A stretch of 64,000 nt of DNA. Origin: Octopus vulgaris. Its lineage: Eukaryota. How positions within the stretch are numbered: position 1 is the stretch's first letter; the number at the start of each line of letters is the position of its first letter. Positions 40,461-53,836 of this stretch are shown piece by piece. Location of the stretch: contig OX597823.1 in NCBI GenBank assembly GCA_951406725.2, positions 96,348,001-96,412,000 on the forward strand, read 5' to 3'. A program made the position numbers and the translations under genes. The notes below the pieces were generated by a model. The model worked only from the letters and a program-made list of their open reading frames with translations. It made no database searches and was not told the DNA's origin.

Positions 40461-42089
40461 TGCACACATATTCATGGTGGCATGCATACATATCATCATC
40501 ATCATTATCATCATCATGTTCGTTGTCCATGCTGGCATGGGTTGGATAGTTTGATTGGGCTGGCACGCTGGGAGGCTGTGCCAGGCTCCAGTCTGATTTT
40601 CTACACTTTGGCATGGTTTTCTACAGTTGGATACCCTTCCTAACGCCAACCTCCGGGAGTGTAATGGGTGTTTTACGTGCACTGGCACGGGTGCCATTTG
40701 TGTGACATCAGTATCTTCCACGACTGCGATTTTGCTCGGCTTGATGCGTCTTCTCAAGCATGGCATAATAACAAAAATCTCGGTCATTGCCTCCGTGAGT
40801 CCCAACACTCGAAAAGAACTCGGCCACTTTGCCTCCTTGAGGCCCAACGCTCGAAAGGAGCTCAGCCACTTTACCTCCGTGGGCCCAATTTTATACACAC
40901 GCTTTCCGTATACGTACGGAAAGCGTGTGTATAAAATTATAGAATTATTTTATTTGTTAATTGTTTAAATTATTTTCCATTGCTTTCGTTTTAGCCTTCC
41001 GTTTTTTTTTTTACACGCGTAACAATTAAGAAAAAAAAATTAGGGTTAGGGTTAGGGTTAGTGACAGGATGTTGTCTCAGTTTTAGACGCAGCAAATGAT
41101 TTTAGCTCAATAAGAGGCGATTCATTGGTTAAAATTCGAAAAATTAAACTACGTTAAACAAACGAGTTACAATTTTATCAAGAAAGCCAACAGAAAAAAT
41201 GTTTTATTTTGACACATTCTACCAGAATACAAAGTTTTAAAGTGTTTAGTTAACTAGAAATTGTGTTGACATGTGCCGTTCAAAAGGAAAAGATCCCCAC
41301 TTATATCTATAGTTTTTATTCGAATATATATTTCTTTGTCACTGTTTATTTTATCATCACTATATTATATATTCTTTTCATTATTATATTATAATTTTCT
41401 TCATTCCTACATATTATTAATTTATATGTATGTTTATAGGCATAAGTCACGTTTGAATTTAGTTTTGTAAATTTTTAATTCTTAATTAATTAAATTATGG
41501 CTTGCACGGCAAGGTTCGGCGAATTTATCTGCACAGCCGCATATTTTTTAGTTACATTCGTAACTGATAAAACATTAAAATATAGGAATAGTTATTGAAT
41601 TATTAAAAAGTTATGAAGAGTCCTGATGATTGGGGTTGCTGTTAAGACATGTCTCTCAAAAAGACTGAGGGTCTAGGGAACGTTAAACACACCTCATGAA
41701 ACACGAATAGAAAAGAAATTTGGAACTGAAAAAGTAAGTATTAAAATAAAATTCTATGATATGGTGTGATGTATATTAGGATTTGATGAATTGCATGAGA
41801 ACTTCTATCTCTAAAAAATATATATATATATATATATATATATGGATGTGTGTGTGTGGAAAAAGAAGTGTATTCCCACACAGGAAAGAATATAGGGGAG
41901 TTGGTTGTGGGGGGTTCAAAGTGAACCTGAGACTTAAGACATGTAGTTTTATTAAAATACCAGACCAGTTTCAACAATCTTTAGTTTTTCAAAAGAAACT
42001 AAAAACATTTTAGGAGAAATTGATGATACGAGGGAAATTTCGGGAAACATGCTTAAACGATCAAATGTTCATACAAATTCCAATATTCA

Positions 42090-42310
<221 letters not shown>

Positions 42311-42322
42311 TACTGGAATTAT

Positions 42323-43682
42323 TTAATATTTAGTGTGAAGCCCTTTGGCTTCAATCACACTTTGACATCTTCGACTGCATGAGGAAATTAAATTTTCAAT
42401 TTCTTGCTGGGTGATCTTATTCCATTCTTCCTGAAGGGCCTTCCATAATTGCTCGGTTGTTTTAGGATTTCTGGCTTTCGAACGTTCTCCTAGAATATTC
42501 CACACATTTTCAATAGGATTGAGATCTGGGCTTTGAGCAGGCAAATCCATAACAATTACCTTTTCAGCCTTGACGAAGTTCATGACCACCTTAGCCTTGT
42601 GACATGGGGCATTGTCCTGCATGAATATGGGTGGTCGCTTAGTTGAATTTCTCAGCACAGGCAAAACATGATCTTTTACAAGTTGTTTATAAACTCCTGC
42701 ATTTACCTTTCCATGTAATCGCACCAAAGGGCCCACACCATCTCCATATATCATCCCCCAAACCATGACACTTCCTCCACCGGATTTAACACTAGTCTTA
42801 AGGCATTTAGGTGACAATTTTTCACCTGCTTTTCGACGAACGTACCTTTTCCCATCTGAGCCAAATAACATAGACTTAGATTCATCACTAAAATGCACCG
42901 TTTGCCATTTTTCGTGAGACCACAACACATGTTCGGTTGCAAAGGTAAGACGACACTTTTTATTCTTAGAGCTGATCAGTGGCTTCACTGCCGGTGCTCT
43001 TGCTTGTAGGTCATGTTCAACTAAACGACCAGACACAGTTTTTCGAGATAAAGTTTTCTTCAGTACAATGCTCATTTCCCGAGAAACAGCAGCAGCAGTT
43101 TTAAATCTGTCCTTTTCAACCAACTTTACCATAGCACGATCTTCTCTCTTGGTCGTTTTTCTTGGCCTATCTTAGACTTTCTTGCTTCACACGAACCACA
43201 ATCATCGTAGACCTTAAGAATACCGTGAACAACACTTTTTGACTTGTTAACAATCTTTGCAATAGACCCAATACTTAAATTATCCTTCTTTCGAAGCTTA
43301 ATAATCTGCTGACGAATTGGTAACCGAGTAAGTGGCATTATATTAACAAAGTACACTGCAGATATTCTTACTAATGTTTAGTAAACGAACCGTCAGGTAA
43401 ACAAATTCAAAACAGTAGAGTTCGCCGGTTAAATATACTAAAACACAGAGTAAAAGCAACCGTTCTGATCATTTTGGCCGCCATGCATTTTGCAGTAAAT
43501 CACTAAATCATCCATAACTTTTATATTATCCTCTCAAATTACACCAAAATCTCAGACAATAACAAATAATATCGCATGTATTGCCTGTAAAAATTATAGA
43601 ATATAAAACAACTTTGATAAAAACTTATATCTACTTTTCTGACGAAAACAATGCCGTTCTGAACATTGTGGCCGCAACTGTA
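42323..43682 (-). mobile_element. Tc1 (DD34E) transposon, near-intact transposase, only one terminus present
   Basis: FSDESK, QDNAPCH and SPDLNPIE with 34 residues between D and E. One frameshift near 43172. Terminus TA|CAGTTGCGGCCACAATGTTCAGAACGG with an inner repeat at 43460-43483. Confidence 0.93.
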
Positions 43683-43947
43683 TATAAATTTAAGAATAAT
43701 ATTTACGGTGAGAAAAATAAAATATTAATAATGTTAATACAAAAAGAAGCGTATATATAAATAATAAAAAGAATAAATCTAGGAATATTATATGGCATAA
43801 TGCACCTTTCACATATGCTATAGCTACCAATATTCCATAAAAATTCTTTGCTGCGTTAGATAAATATTCCCTATAAAGATGAGTGATTTATTGACATCTA
43901 CCTGGAATTTTTCACTCCTTTTTTCTTCTTAATACATACATACATTC

Positions 43948-43989
<42 letters not shown>

Positions 43990-44243
43990 GGAGAGAGAGA
44001 GAGATACAATTATAAATTTTCTTTAGAAAATCACAGAAAGCATGCAAATGTTCGAGCCAAACCAGAGACGCTAGATATGTTCAGAAGATTCAAGGAAGAA
44101 GTTCGGCTCAGGTAGACTACGATTGGTGTATATATATACGGATTGAATAACAAGAATTGTTTTACAACATATGTTAATACATTCAAAATATAGTCATAGG
44201 AATATAAAAATATATTTGAATGTTAAAAATATGCAAGGACAAA

Positions 44244-44790
44244 TAAATATATACATACATAAATATAATGGTGTATAGATAAAAATATAGATGAGTTTAA
44301 TAGAATATATAAAGACATTTCATTTAAAAATCATGGAATGCCGGGGGCAATAGATGTTTAAAAATAGTTTTTGGTACCATACTTAAATGAAAAGAAGTCT
44401 TCCTACGATCGTTTCAAGGGTTCATTCCGAGAGTATATATGAATCTTACGATTCATTTCGAAGGAATGTCCCCATGTGTTTGTTTTGGTAGTATTAATTA
44501 ATACTTCCAAAACAAACACATTTCTGGCGCAAGCATTACTCTTCTCTTTTTCCTGATGATGGGGGCATTCCTTCGAAATGAATCGTAAGATTCATATATA
44601 CTCTCGGAATGAACCCTTGAAACGATCGTAGGAAGACTTCTTTTCATTTAAGTATGGTACCAAAAACTATTCTTAAACATCTATTGCCCCCGGCATTCCA
44701 TGATTTTTAAATGGAATGTCTTTATATATTCTATTATCCTCATCTATTTTTTTATCTATACACCATTATATTTATGTATGTATATATTTA
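44244..44790. repeat. Long inverted repeat, about 230 bp arms (44244-44474 and 44560-44790)
   Basis: Near-identical reverse-complement arms. Confidence 0.93.
44547..44636 (+). ncRNA. Type I hammerhead ribozyme, sense to the SLC22 pre-mRNA
   Basis: TTTTC CTGATGA T GGGGGCATTCC...GGAATGAACCCTT GAAA CGATCG TA GGAAG. Confidence 0.8.
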
Positions 44791-44949
44791 ACATTCATAT
44801 ATAAAAAACGTATGTATTATGGAAATTATTGAGAGGGTTAGTGGGAGGTTTTTATTTTATATTTTTTTTAATTATAACCAAGTGGCAATAAATTGTTGTA
44901 CTATAGAAAATGTTAGTATGCGAGTTCGAATTTAAATTTACTCTTAAAA

Positions 44950-45330
44950 GTTGGATAATATCTATGGTTACACGAATGAATATCTTCAGAGAACTCTTTA
45001 AAACATTAGAATTAAAAGTGTGAAGGATTATGTACGATTCTTTTATACACAGTCTACATCTGTCGATAATGGTATTGTATGGCGGTGCTTCATCTATGAT
45101 CGACCAAGACAATAATTAATGTTTTGCAATTTTAAATTGTGTATATAGCTTCTAGTGCCATAGAGTTCCTACGTTTTAATATATTAAAGGAATTTACGTG
45201 TATTCTATATCTTGTTTTTGAAGTCTTTGGTACTTCCTATATATACCCTAGTTTGTTGTTTATCATTTGTCATTGTACATTTATATATTACATTTTTGCA
45301 TAGACATGTTCCTTGTATCTCCTGAACTTA
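44950..45330 (-). mobile_element. PLE GIY-YIG remnant
   Basis: RVYIGSTKDFK and SWSIIDEAPPYNTIIDRCRLCIKESYIIL. Confidence 0.78.
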
Positions 45331-45444
45331 TATTTAAATGTACATATATATGCGCACGCGCGTGTGTATTATAAATTCCCTTTTTATATAATCGTCTTCG
45401 TAATTACTATCATTTTTCCTCGTCATCATTGTTTCAAATTCCAG

Positions 45445-45616
45445 CTGCTGAAGTCTCTTCGGTGGGCAGTAGAATGAAATTTAACGTGGCCTCCCACACG
45501 CTATTTGCCATCGGACTACTAATCTTGTCTCTGCTGACTTACTTTGTGAGGACCTGGAGGACTTTGATGATCATAATATCAATCCCGTCACTGGTGTTCG
45601 CCATCGTCTATATCTG
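45445..45616 (+). CDS. SLC22 transporter coding exon 5
   Basis: Acceptor TTCCAG, donor TG|GTAGGT. Translation AAEVSSVGSRMKFNV...LTYFVRTWRTLMIIISIP has the E......R and Y..R.WR.L motifs. Confidence 0.93.
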
Positions 45617-46457
45617 GTAGGTATACATGTATGCAAGGGTGGCTGGCTGGCTGGCTGGTTGGCAGGCTGACTGGATGGATGGATGTGTGTGTGTATATAC
45701 GGCTTATCATCAATGCATCAATGGGTGTGTGTGTGTATTAATGCATGTCTGCATGTAGGTGTGGCTGGGCGTATGTACTAATATTTGCATGTATGTACGT
45801 ATGAGTATATGAATGTTTGGGTGCATGGATTTATATATGTACATATGTATGGATGAATGTCTGGGTAGATGAGTGGATAGGTGTGTGTGTGTATACTTCT
45901 GTGTGTGCATGTGTGTACAATCCGCCACATAGGTGGGCTAGTGGCAGCTAAACTTGCAACCCTAACAAGCTTGCTTAGGAAGGCGGGTGGAGGTTTATGT
46001 CGGACACCCTCCAGGATGAGAAACATAAAATCATCAAAGGGCAGTTGGGGGTGAGGAACCCTTAGTCATTGTTTAGATATCTCTCTAGGGGAAGCAAACC
46101 TCTGATCTAACACCTATACCTCCGTCTGAATCCAATTTTGCAGGGAAAGAATTCGTTGTTATATGGACTTTAGGATGCTTTAAATATAGACTTCACTTGA
46201 TTTTTAACAGGTGTGGCTGTGTGGTAAGAAGTTAGCTTCCCAGCCGCATGGTTCTGGGTTCAGTCTCACTGTATGGCACCTTCAACAAATGTCTATAAAT
46301 CTCCCTATCTACCAATCTATCGATCTACCAATATCTTTATGTTTGTATGTATGTATGTATGTATGTATGTATGTATGTATGTATGTATGCATGTATGTAT
46401 GAGTGTGTGTTTATATATGTGAATATGTGGTTGTATTTTCCGTTTTCTATTTGCAAG

Positions 46458-46670
46458 TTTCCTAGACGAGTCTCCCCGATGGCTCCTCAATAAAAAGAGA
46501 ACAAAAGATGCCAACATAATTCTTAGCAACATCGCCAAACTGAATAAAACAGTTTTGCCTCAAACAGAAATCGTCAACATTTCCTCATCGAACAATAAAA
46601 GAGTAGAAATCTGGAAAATGTTTACCATTCCTCAGCTTCTAAAACGGACCCTAATTTTGATGCTAAACTG
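46458..46670 (+). CDS. SLC22 transporter coding exon 6
   Basis: Translation FLDESPRWLLNKKRTKDANIILSNIAKLNK...PQLLKRTLILMLNW has the ESPRWL motif. Donor TG|GTAAGT. The only frame-preserving acceptor is an AAG at 46455-46457. Confidence 0.88.
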
Positions 46671-47003
46671 GTAAGTGATATTACAGTTACCATTTTCTGT
46701 GTATTCTTTATCTTTTATCGTTTACTTGTTTCAGTCATTCGACTGCGGTCATTTTGGGGTGCCGCCTTGAAAGACTTTTACTAGAACTAATTGACCCCAG
46801 AATTTTTTTATGCCTGGTGCTTATTCTATTGGTTTCTTTTAAACCATTAAGTTATGGGGACAATAAACAAACCAACACTGGTCGTCAAGTGGTGGTGATG
46901 GTGGTAGTGGTGGTGGTGGTGGGTACAAATACATAAATACATACACAAAGACACATACACACATAACTATATACCTACACACACACACACACATATATAT
47001 ATT

Positions 47004-47055
<52 letters not shown>

Positions 47056-47103
47056 TAGAGAGATAGATAGATAGATAGATAGATACATACATACATACAT
47101 ACA

Positions 47104-47134
<31 letters not shown>

Positions 47135-47188
47135 TAATATCACATTAATGAAAGAAATGGAATATGGCAGATACGAGAGTGTATATTG

Positions 47189-47294
47189 ACCATTACAGTT
47201 GTTTCGACCCATCTAACATTGGTCCCACTTGGCTGGGATTCCGAACATTTGGTTTAGGTATATCCAACGGTGTAGATGTGTCTCCTCAGCTGAT
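47189..47294 (-). ncRNA. Hammerhead ribozyme (same family as degenerate copy at 3785-3890 +)
   Basis: Minus strand: ATCAG CTGAGGA GACACATCTA...TAGATGGGTC GAAA CAACTG TA ATGGT. Confidence 0.72.
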
Positions 47295-48303
47295 TTCAAT
47301 AGGTATCTCGTTAAAATAAATTCTGCTTCACACGATTTCTTTTTGGTCTTCGTACATAAAAATGGCAAATTAAGGGTCAATCCACATCAGAATGTCCCTT
47401 GTTGTATCATGCAGACTTCCTGTTTGATCTAATTTGAAATTTTCCCATAAAATTTCCTGTTAATTTGTGTTCCAAATACCAGCTTAATTATGGGCAACTC
47501 ATTTTATTAAATTCTTCATTATTTTCAAAACTAATTGAAACAAAACTAACATTTTTAAACAGAAACATGGTAACGAATGGGTTAAATCTGAACAAGCTGT
47601 CTGATGTCCCTAAATGTAGATAATTAAAGAATTCTCTGACAGGTTTGTGGTCAAGCCTGCGTCAGTGGGGACTTCCGGCATTCTCGGCCACGCAACCACA
47701 TCCCTGCTCACCGCTATCAGGGTGGATACAGCTATCCGCAAGTGTGAGGTCAGAGTGGCTGTTCCAGTGCATCTGGGGCAACACCTTTTCTACTTTGTCT
47801 GCTGGGACCATGAGGCAAACTGACAAACCTTTTTAGGTATTTCTTTGCTGTGAGGAAGAGGAAGGATATGAGGATTTAGGCAGGGCCCTTCATCAAATTT
47901 AGAAAAGTATTTCACTAAGAATTACCGAAGGCTAACAAGAGTCAGAGACTACAGACGAATCAGTGAATTCTGCTTTTTTCTACTCCATAAACATAAACAC
48001 TCTATACACACATAAACTAAAAAAAGGCCACATATGCATACAAACCATCTACTCACCATTTATCCAACGCACTAAAGTTGCCCCCATCAATTGGCTCTCA
48101 TTGGCTAACTCTGTCTCGGTTGTTGAGTTGTCTTAGTTGTCTATATTAGACAATTAGTTGTATAACTTTACTTGCTGGTGGTCTCAGCGTTCAGAATATC
48201 ATAATTCTCTCTAAGAAATTACGCAACCATCTAACCAGGGTTTGATCAGCAATTTTTGTGCATTTTTGTACATTATATAAAATGTTTCAATTCTTTTCTA
48301 TAG

Positions 48304-48530
48304 GGCGATTGTGAGCTTGGTATATTACGGCCTTACTCTTAATGTTGGCAAATTGTATGGCAATTTCTATATGAATTTTTTTTTGAATTCGGTTCTCGAG
48401 TTTCCGGCCTACATTCTGTGCCTCATTCTGTTAAATCGTGTTGGAAGAAAAAAGATGCATTCTAGCGTCATGGTTTTGGCTGGAGTCACTTGTATCGCTG
48501 GAATATTTCCCGTCCTCTATGGCACAAAAG
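48304..48530 (+). CDS. SLC22 transporter coding exon 7
   Basis: Acceptor CTATAG|G, donor G|GTAAAC. Translation (W)AIVSLVYYGLTLNVGKLYGNFYMNFFLNSVLEFPAY...NRVGRKK has the YYGL, G..Y.NF and second GRK motifs. Confidence 0.95.
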
Positions 48531-48579
48531 GTAAACAAATCATTATTATTGTTCTTGTTCTTGTTCTTTTTGTTAATAT

Positions 48580-48695
<116 letters not shown>

Positions 48696-49196
48696 TTATT
48701 ATTATTATTACTGTTATTATTATTATCATTAGTATTATTATTAAGTGAGAGAGCAGTGCTTGCCATCAAAGTGACACTGGGGTAAAATATACGAAGCCCA
48801 GTATACCCATCATGACTACCCGTCTGATAAGGGTACACCAGGCACAATCATTACAACTGTATGCGCGCGACATGGTGATTTCATATCAAGATAAACAGCG
48901 CATGATCTCGCAGGTGGGGCCCAGTTAGAATTTTCTTCAGGTTAAGTAGCCCATCCCGCTCAAAAGGTCCCTGAATAAGGTTTGTTTAAGGATGTTGATC
49001 GAAACACTCTTATTTCTAGAGGTGAATTATTCAAACCCCAAAGAATTCCCCTCAAACATGGCTATGATGCTCCCCCACTACTTCTGCTCATGATCAGAGA
49101 TGCACATATAGCCAGCCACCATGGGACATGCTCAACTGGTTAAGGTCAAACAACCAACATGCAAATCTGTGGTATTAAGCAGAATGTTATTATCCT

Positions 49197-49280
<84 letters not shown>

Positions 49281-49299
49281 TACTACTACTACTCTTTAG

Positions 49300-51430
49300 C
49301 ACAGGTCTTGCTGGAGCTCCTGGAGACTTGTATGCGTAACGGGCTTGCTTGCTACCTACGTTAATTTCATTTAATAGTTTCTTGATTATTCTGGCCTAGC
49401 CAAGGAGGCAAACCTTCTGTAGCAGTTCTACTGAGCACTCTATTCCAATTTCCTTTACATTCCACTTGACATCTTCTGATTCTGTCCCCAGGAATCCAAC
49501 AAAAATCCGCACTATCTTCACCTTCATTTTCCATATCCGGAGTATTACGTATTTAAGAAGGTTGTATTTCAGAGTGTTACTTTGGGCTAGGTATCTCATT
49601 AAACACTTGAGTTCGATACACACGCAGATCTTCCACACTTACCTGTTCCCTTCCTCCATTTGCTCTCTTCATGTAATGGCGACCAGTGTCTGAACGTGGA
49701 TGATAGGTTCAATGCATCGTCAGGAGTTTCCTGTCCATCTCCTTTAGCTCCTTCTCTGTCCACTTCAGGATCCCAGCACCATACCGACCTACTGCGATTG
49801 CGCGCGAGTTTGTTGCCGAAATTATATGTCTGGCATTCAGCTTTGAGGACAGTATTTTTCTCACTCTCCGCAGGTACACTCTTTTTGTTTTTTCCTTCAT
49901 CTTGTGGTGTTTGATTCCATCTGCCTCAAGTACTCCCAGGTATTTATATCTGGACTGAAGTTGAATTGCCTTCATCATTTCACCACTTGGCAACCATATA
50001 GCTTCTGTCCTGGCAAGCTTTCCTCGTCTCATCCCCATTGTAACACATTTTGAGAGTCCAAACCCTATGTTAATATCATTAGAGAAAATCCGCACAGACT
50101 GGGCTAGGCTGTCCAGTGCAGCCTCAGTTTTTTTGTGAATAGCTTCAGGTCGTCCATGAATAGCAAGTGGTTCAGTTTTCTCTTGCCACTTCCCAAATCA
50201 TACCCCAACTTTGTTTTCTGTAGTATTTCACTCAAGGGGATCATTCCCAGCATGAAGATCAGTGGTGGGACACTGTCCCCCTGGAAGATTCCTCTCTTGA
50301 TTTTCACCTCTCCTAATGCTTGATTCCCCGCTGTCAATTCCGTTTACCAACATTTCATGCTATTCCGTGTAAGGCTTCTCATGTTTTCAGCTACTCCATA
50401 CATTTCCATTGTTCTTATTATCCAGGAATGTTGTATCATATTGTAAGTTTTACGATAGTCAACCCATGCTCAGGTTGGTGTGTCTTCTCTTGCAGTTCCT
50501 TATCAATTAAGAGCTGATCCTTCGTTCCCCGGCCCCTCTTTTGGCACCCTTCCCGTTCAATAGGCAGCAGCCCACTTCTTTCCAAGTATCTCTACAGTTC
50601 ACCAGACAAAATACCTCACATTGGTTTCTACATTAGCGAAATAAATGTTATTGGTTGAAAGTTGGATGCAGCATTTCTCTTTTCAGGATCCTTGGCACAT
50701 AACAATGTCTTTCCCTTTGTCATCCAGCTGGGTATTGTGCCTTCCTGCAACCACTCATCTAACTGTATTACTCTATCTTTTCATGGAGCCCTCTCAGCTT
50801 CTTCATCCAATAACCTTGGACCCCATCCAGTCCTGGTCTCTTCCAATTTGGATATTTTCTTAACTGCCTTTTTATCATTTCTGTAATTATTTTTTGTCTT
50901 CTTGGCCTTCTATATTTCATAATCTATCTTGGATTTCATATAGCCACTCCACTTCATCATTATTCTCTACAGGTTGGTTCCAGATCCTTCTGCAGAATGC
51001 CCTGCTTTCCTCTGCATCTAGTATCATTGTTACGTGTATTTTCCCATCTTGTTCCTGAAACAGTTTCTTCTGATCTGCTTCAATCTGTTTTGCTCGAACT
51101 GTCTTTTTCTATTGTCATATCTTTCCAGTTTCGCTTTGATTGCTCCTACTCTTTGTTTCAATTCTTCCAATATCATATCATACGATTTATCTCTTATTCT
51201 ATATGTTATTTCCAGCATTATTCTTACGCTTTCGTTCTGTAATTTCCCCTCTTCTCAATCTATCAACTTGTCCTAAATGTCTTTTTAACTTTGCTTCTCA
51301 CAAATTCTTCTACGCCAGAATGGTTCTTTACGTTCTGTTTATATTTCTTCTTAACATTCTTTTTGTAGGTGTTCGTCTACTAGAAATATTTTCTTAGTTC
51401 ACCTTGAATTCAGCCCGTTTTGGACTGACT
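49300..51430 (-). mobile_element. R4/Dong-like LINE, RT-containing degenerate copy
   Basis: KIKRGIFQGDSVPPLIF...LNHLLFMDDLKLF and FSNDINIGFGLSKC...YKYLGVLE, with C-terminal VELLQKVCLLG. Confidence 0.9.
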
Positions 51431-51475
51431 TGATAGCCTTGTATTAAGACATATTTTCGGACATATTCATCTAGT

Positions 51476-51748
51476 GGAGGCACACGTTAGAGCAGCGGAC
51501 TCACGGTCGAGGGATCGCGGGTTCGAATCTCAGACCGGGCGATGTGAGTGTTTGTGAGCGAAACATCTAAGCTCCACGCGGCTCCGGCTGAAGGTAATGG
51601 CGAACTTCTGCTTAATCTTTCGCCACAATTTTCTCTCACTCTTACAGCTCACCTGCGACGGACCGGCGTCCCGTCCAGGTGGGGAATCTATACGCTTAGG
51701 CAACCGGAAACCGGCCCTTATGAGCCAGGCATGGCTCGAGAAGGAACA
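51476..51748 (+). mobile_element. tRNA-derived SINE (third family)
   Basis: B-box GGTTCGAATC and conserved-domain-like GGACCGGCGTCCCGTCCAGG. Confidence 0.7.
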
Positions 51749-52048
51749 AACATCATATTCATATTTCGAAATATGCTGATACAGCAGAAACGATCGTCGG
51801 AACTGTTAGTGCGATGACCAGCTGAAGATGTGATTTTTTCCAGTCTTATTTTTCTTATCATACATTCCTAATTTCTTGAAATTCTTCGCAATGATATTTG
51901 AGTCTACTTGTCGTACCTGAAGAATTACCTGGAATGTGTATTCTATTTGCATTTATTGGTATCTGATTGTTGGATATAATTAACCAAATTCGTTAAAACT
52001 GAGTTTTTCATTGATATCTACCTGGATTTTTAAAATCTAGTTTACGTC

Positions 52049-52096
<48 letters not shown>

Positions 52097-52284
52097 GGTA
52101 GGTAGGTAGGTAGGTAGGTAGGTAGGGTAAATCGCACCTGTTTCCTCTTGAATCGCAGCTGCTTATTCCATTTATTACAATCCAGTATGTAGTTAGTGTT
52201 GTTGTTGTTGTATTGATGCGAGGTACAAATGGGAGTTGGAAATTCTGGAAATATTGTTTTTTATTGAGTTTATATCTAGAGACA

Positions 52285-52840
52285 GCGCAAAGAAGCCTTC
52301 AACACTGACTGCTTAGTCCCGACTGTGAAGAATGAAAGTGGCTCTGTGATGATTTAGGTAGCCAAAATATGAAATTCTCTTGCCACGACATGGCAGATTT
52401 AATGCCAAGGATTATCGGAGTATTTTTGCTGGTCATATCCATACAATGGGGTAAATATTGTTCCCTGGTGGGAGCGCAATCTTCCAGGTCAGTAATGTGA
52501 CAATTCACATGGTTAATGTTATTCAGAATTGGTAAGAAGAGCACAAAAACGAAATAAACCACCCCTACAATCATTCCACCCAAACATAACTGAACGTTTA
52601 TGATGCATTTTGGTGTAACAAGGGAGAAGCTGTTTCCTTCCACCATTGGTGTGGAAATACCTAAAGAAGGCTTTATTTGAAGAATGGATCAAAATTCCCT
52701 TAACAACCATCCAGGACTTGTACAAGTCAATTCCTCAACATATTAAATCTGTGATTAATGCCAAACACGGACCAATTCCATATTAAATAATAAAACTTCC
52801 ATTTAACCCAGTGCTTCCATTATGTTATCCAAACTCTTTT
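52285..52840 (+). mobile_element. Degenerate Tc1 3' fragment
   Basis: CLVPTVKNESGSVMI and EEWIKIPLTTIQDLYKSIPQHIKSVINAKHGPIPY*. Confidence 0.75.
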
Positions 52841-53654
52841 AGTATGACAGAATCGTTGCTGCACCAGACAAAAAGGCTTAGTGGCATTTCTTCCGGTTTG
52901 TGTTCTGGGTTCAAATCCTGACATGGTCGTTTTTGCCTTTCATTCTTTCACGATCAAAAAACTAAAGAACCAGTCAATCACTGGGTTCGATGTAATGTTC
53001 CGTATGATCAAATGGTTAAGAAGCTTACATCACAACCCCCATGGCTCCTGGTTCAATCCCACTGTGTAACATGTTCAATTAATGTCATTTTCTATAACCT
53101 TGGTTCAACCCATACTTTCTACCTGCCTACTTGTACTTGCTTGTGGCATTCATCCGGGATGGATTGAGCAAGCTCTGACAGGAGTTTCAGTGGGGACACA
53201 AGTTCACATGTGGTCCCTAGTCACATGCTGTCACACACTTTGGGGTAGTGGGATCCATAACAGCTCATCTTGCTGTTGATTGTTGATCATCGCAGAGGAT
53301 ACACTGACCAAGTCTCTGCCAATTATTGAAGGAGACATAGCCTGGGTTTCAAGGAGATTTCTAAAGACATGCTTCAAAAAAAGCTAAGGGGTCACTCACT
53401 CCTAGTGGTCTTCCAGCATGCTGAGCACCAACCCACAATTTGTGTGGGCCTGTGCTTTGTGAATGAGACATGGTAGGTGAAAACTGTAGAGAAGCCCACA
53501 TATTGAAATTATGTGCAGTTTAGTCAGCCATTGTGTCATTTTGATTTTACCTGAGAATTATATTAAGGGTCCACATGTCTGTGAAATACCGAAAAGGATT
53601 TTTTTTTTGTTTTTTGCTTAAGAATTCCCTCTTTTATCTTTTTCTTTTTTTCAG

Positions 53655-53836
53655 CCCATCGATGGATGTTAACTGCCAGTTCGATGTTAGGCCGTTTGTT
53701 TATCACTGCAAATTTTGCAATCGTGTATTTATACACTTTGGAATTATACCCAACTTGTATAAGAAACGGTGCATTGGGGGTTGTGGCCACTTTTGCACGT
53801 ATTGGTGGGGCTTTGGCACCTTACATTCTCAACTTT
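53655..53836 (+). CDS. SLC22 transporter coding exon 8
   Basis: Long pyrimidine tract plus CAG acceptor, donor TTT|GTAAGT. Translation ...YLYTLELYPTCIRNGALGVVATFARIGGALAPY has the ELYPT..R motif. Confidence 0.95.

Noticed and set aside
41040-41061. True telomere
   Set aside because: Only about 3.5 TTAGGG units, inside an intron.
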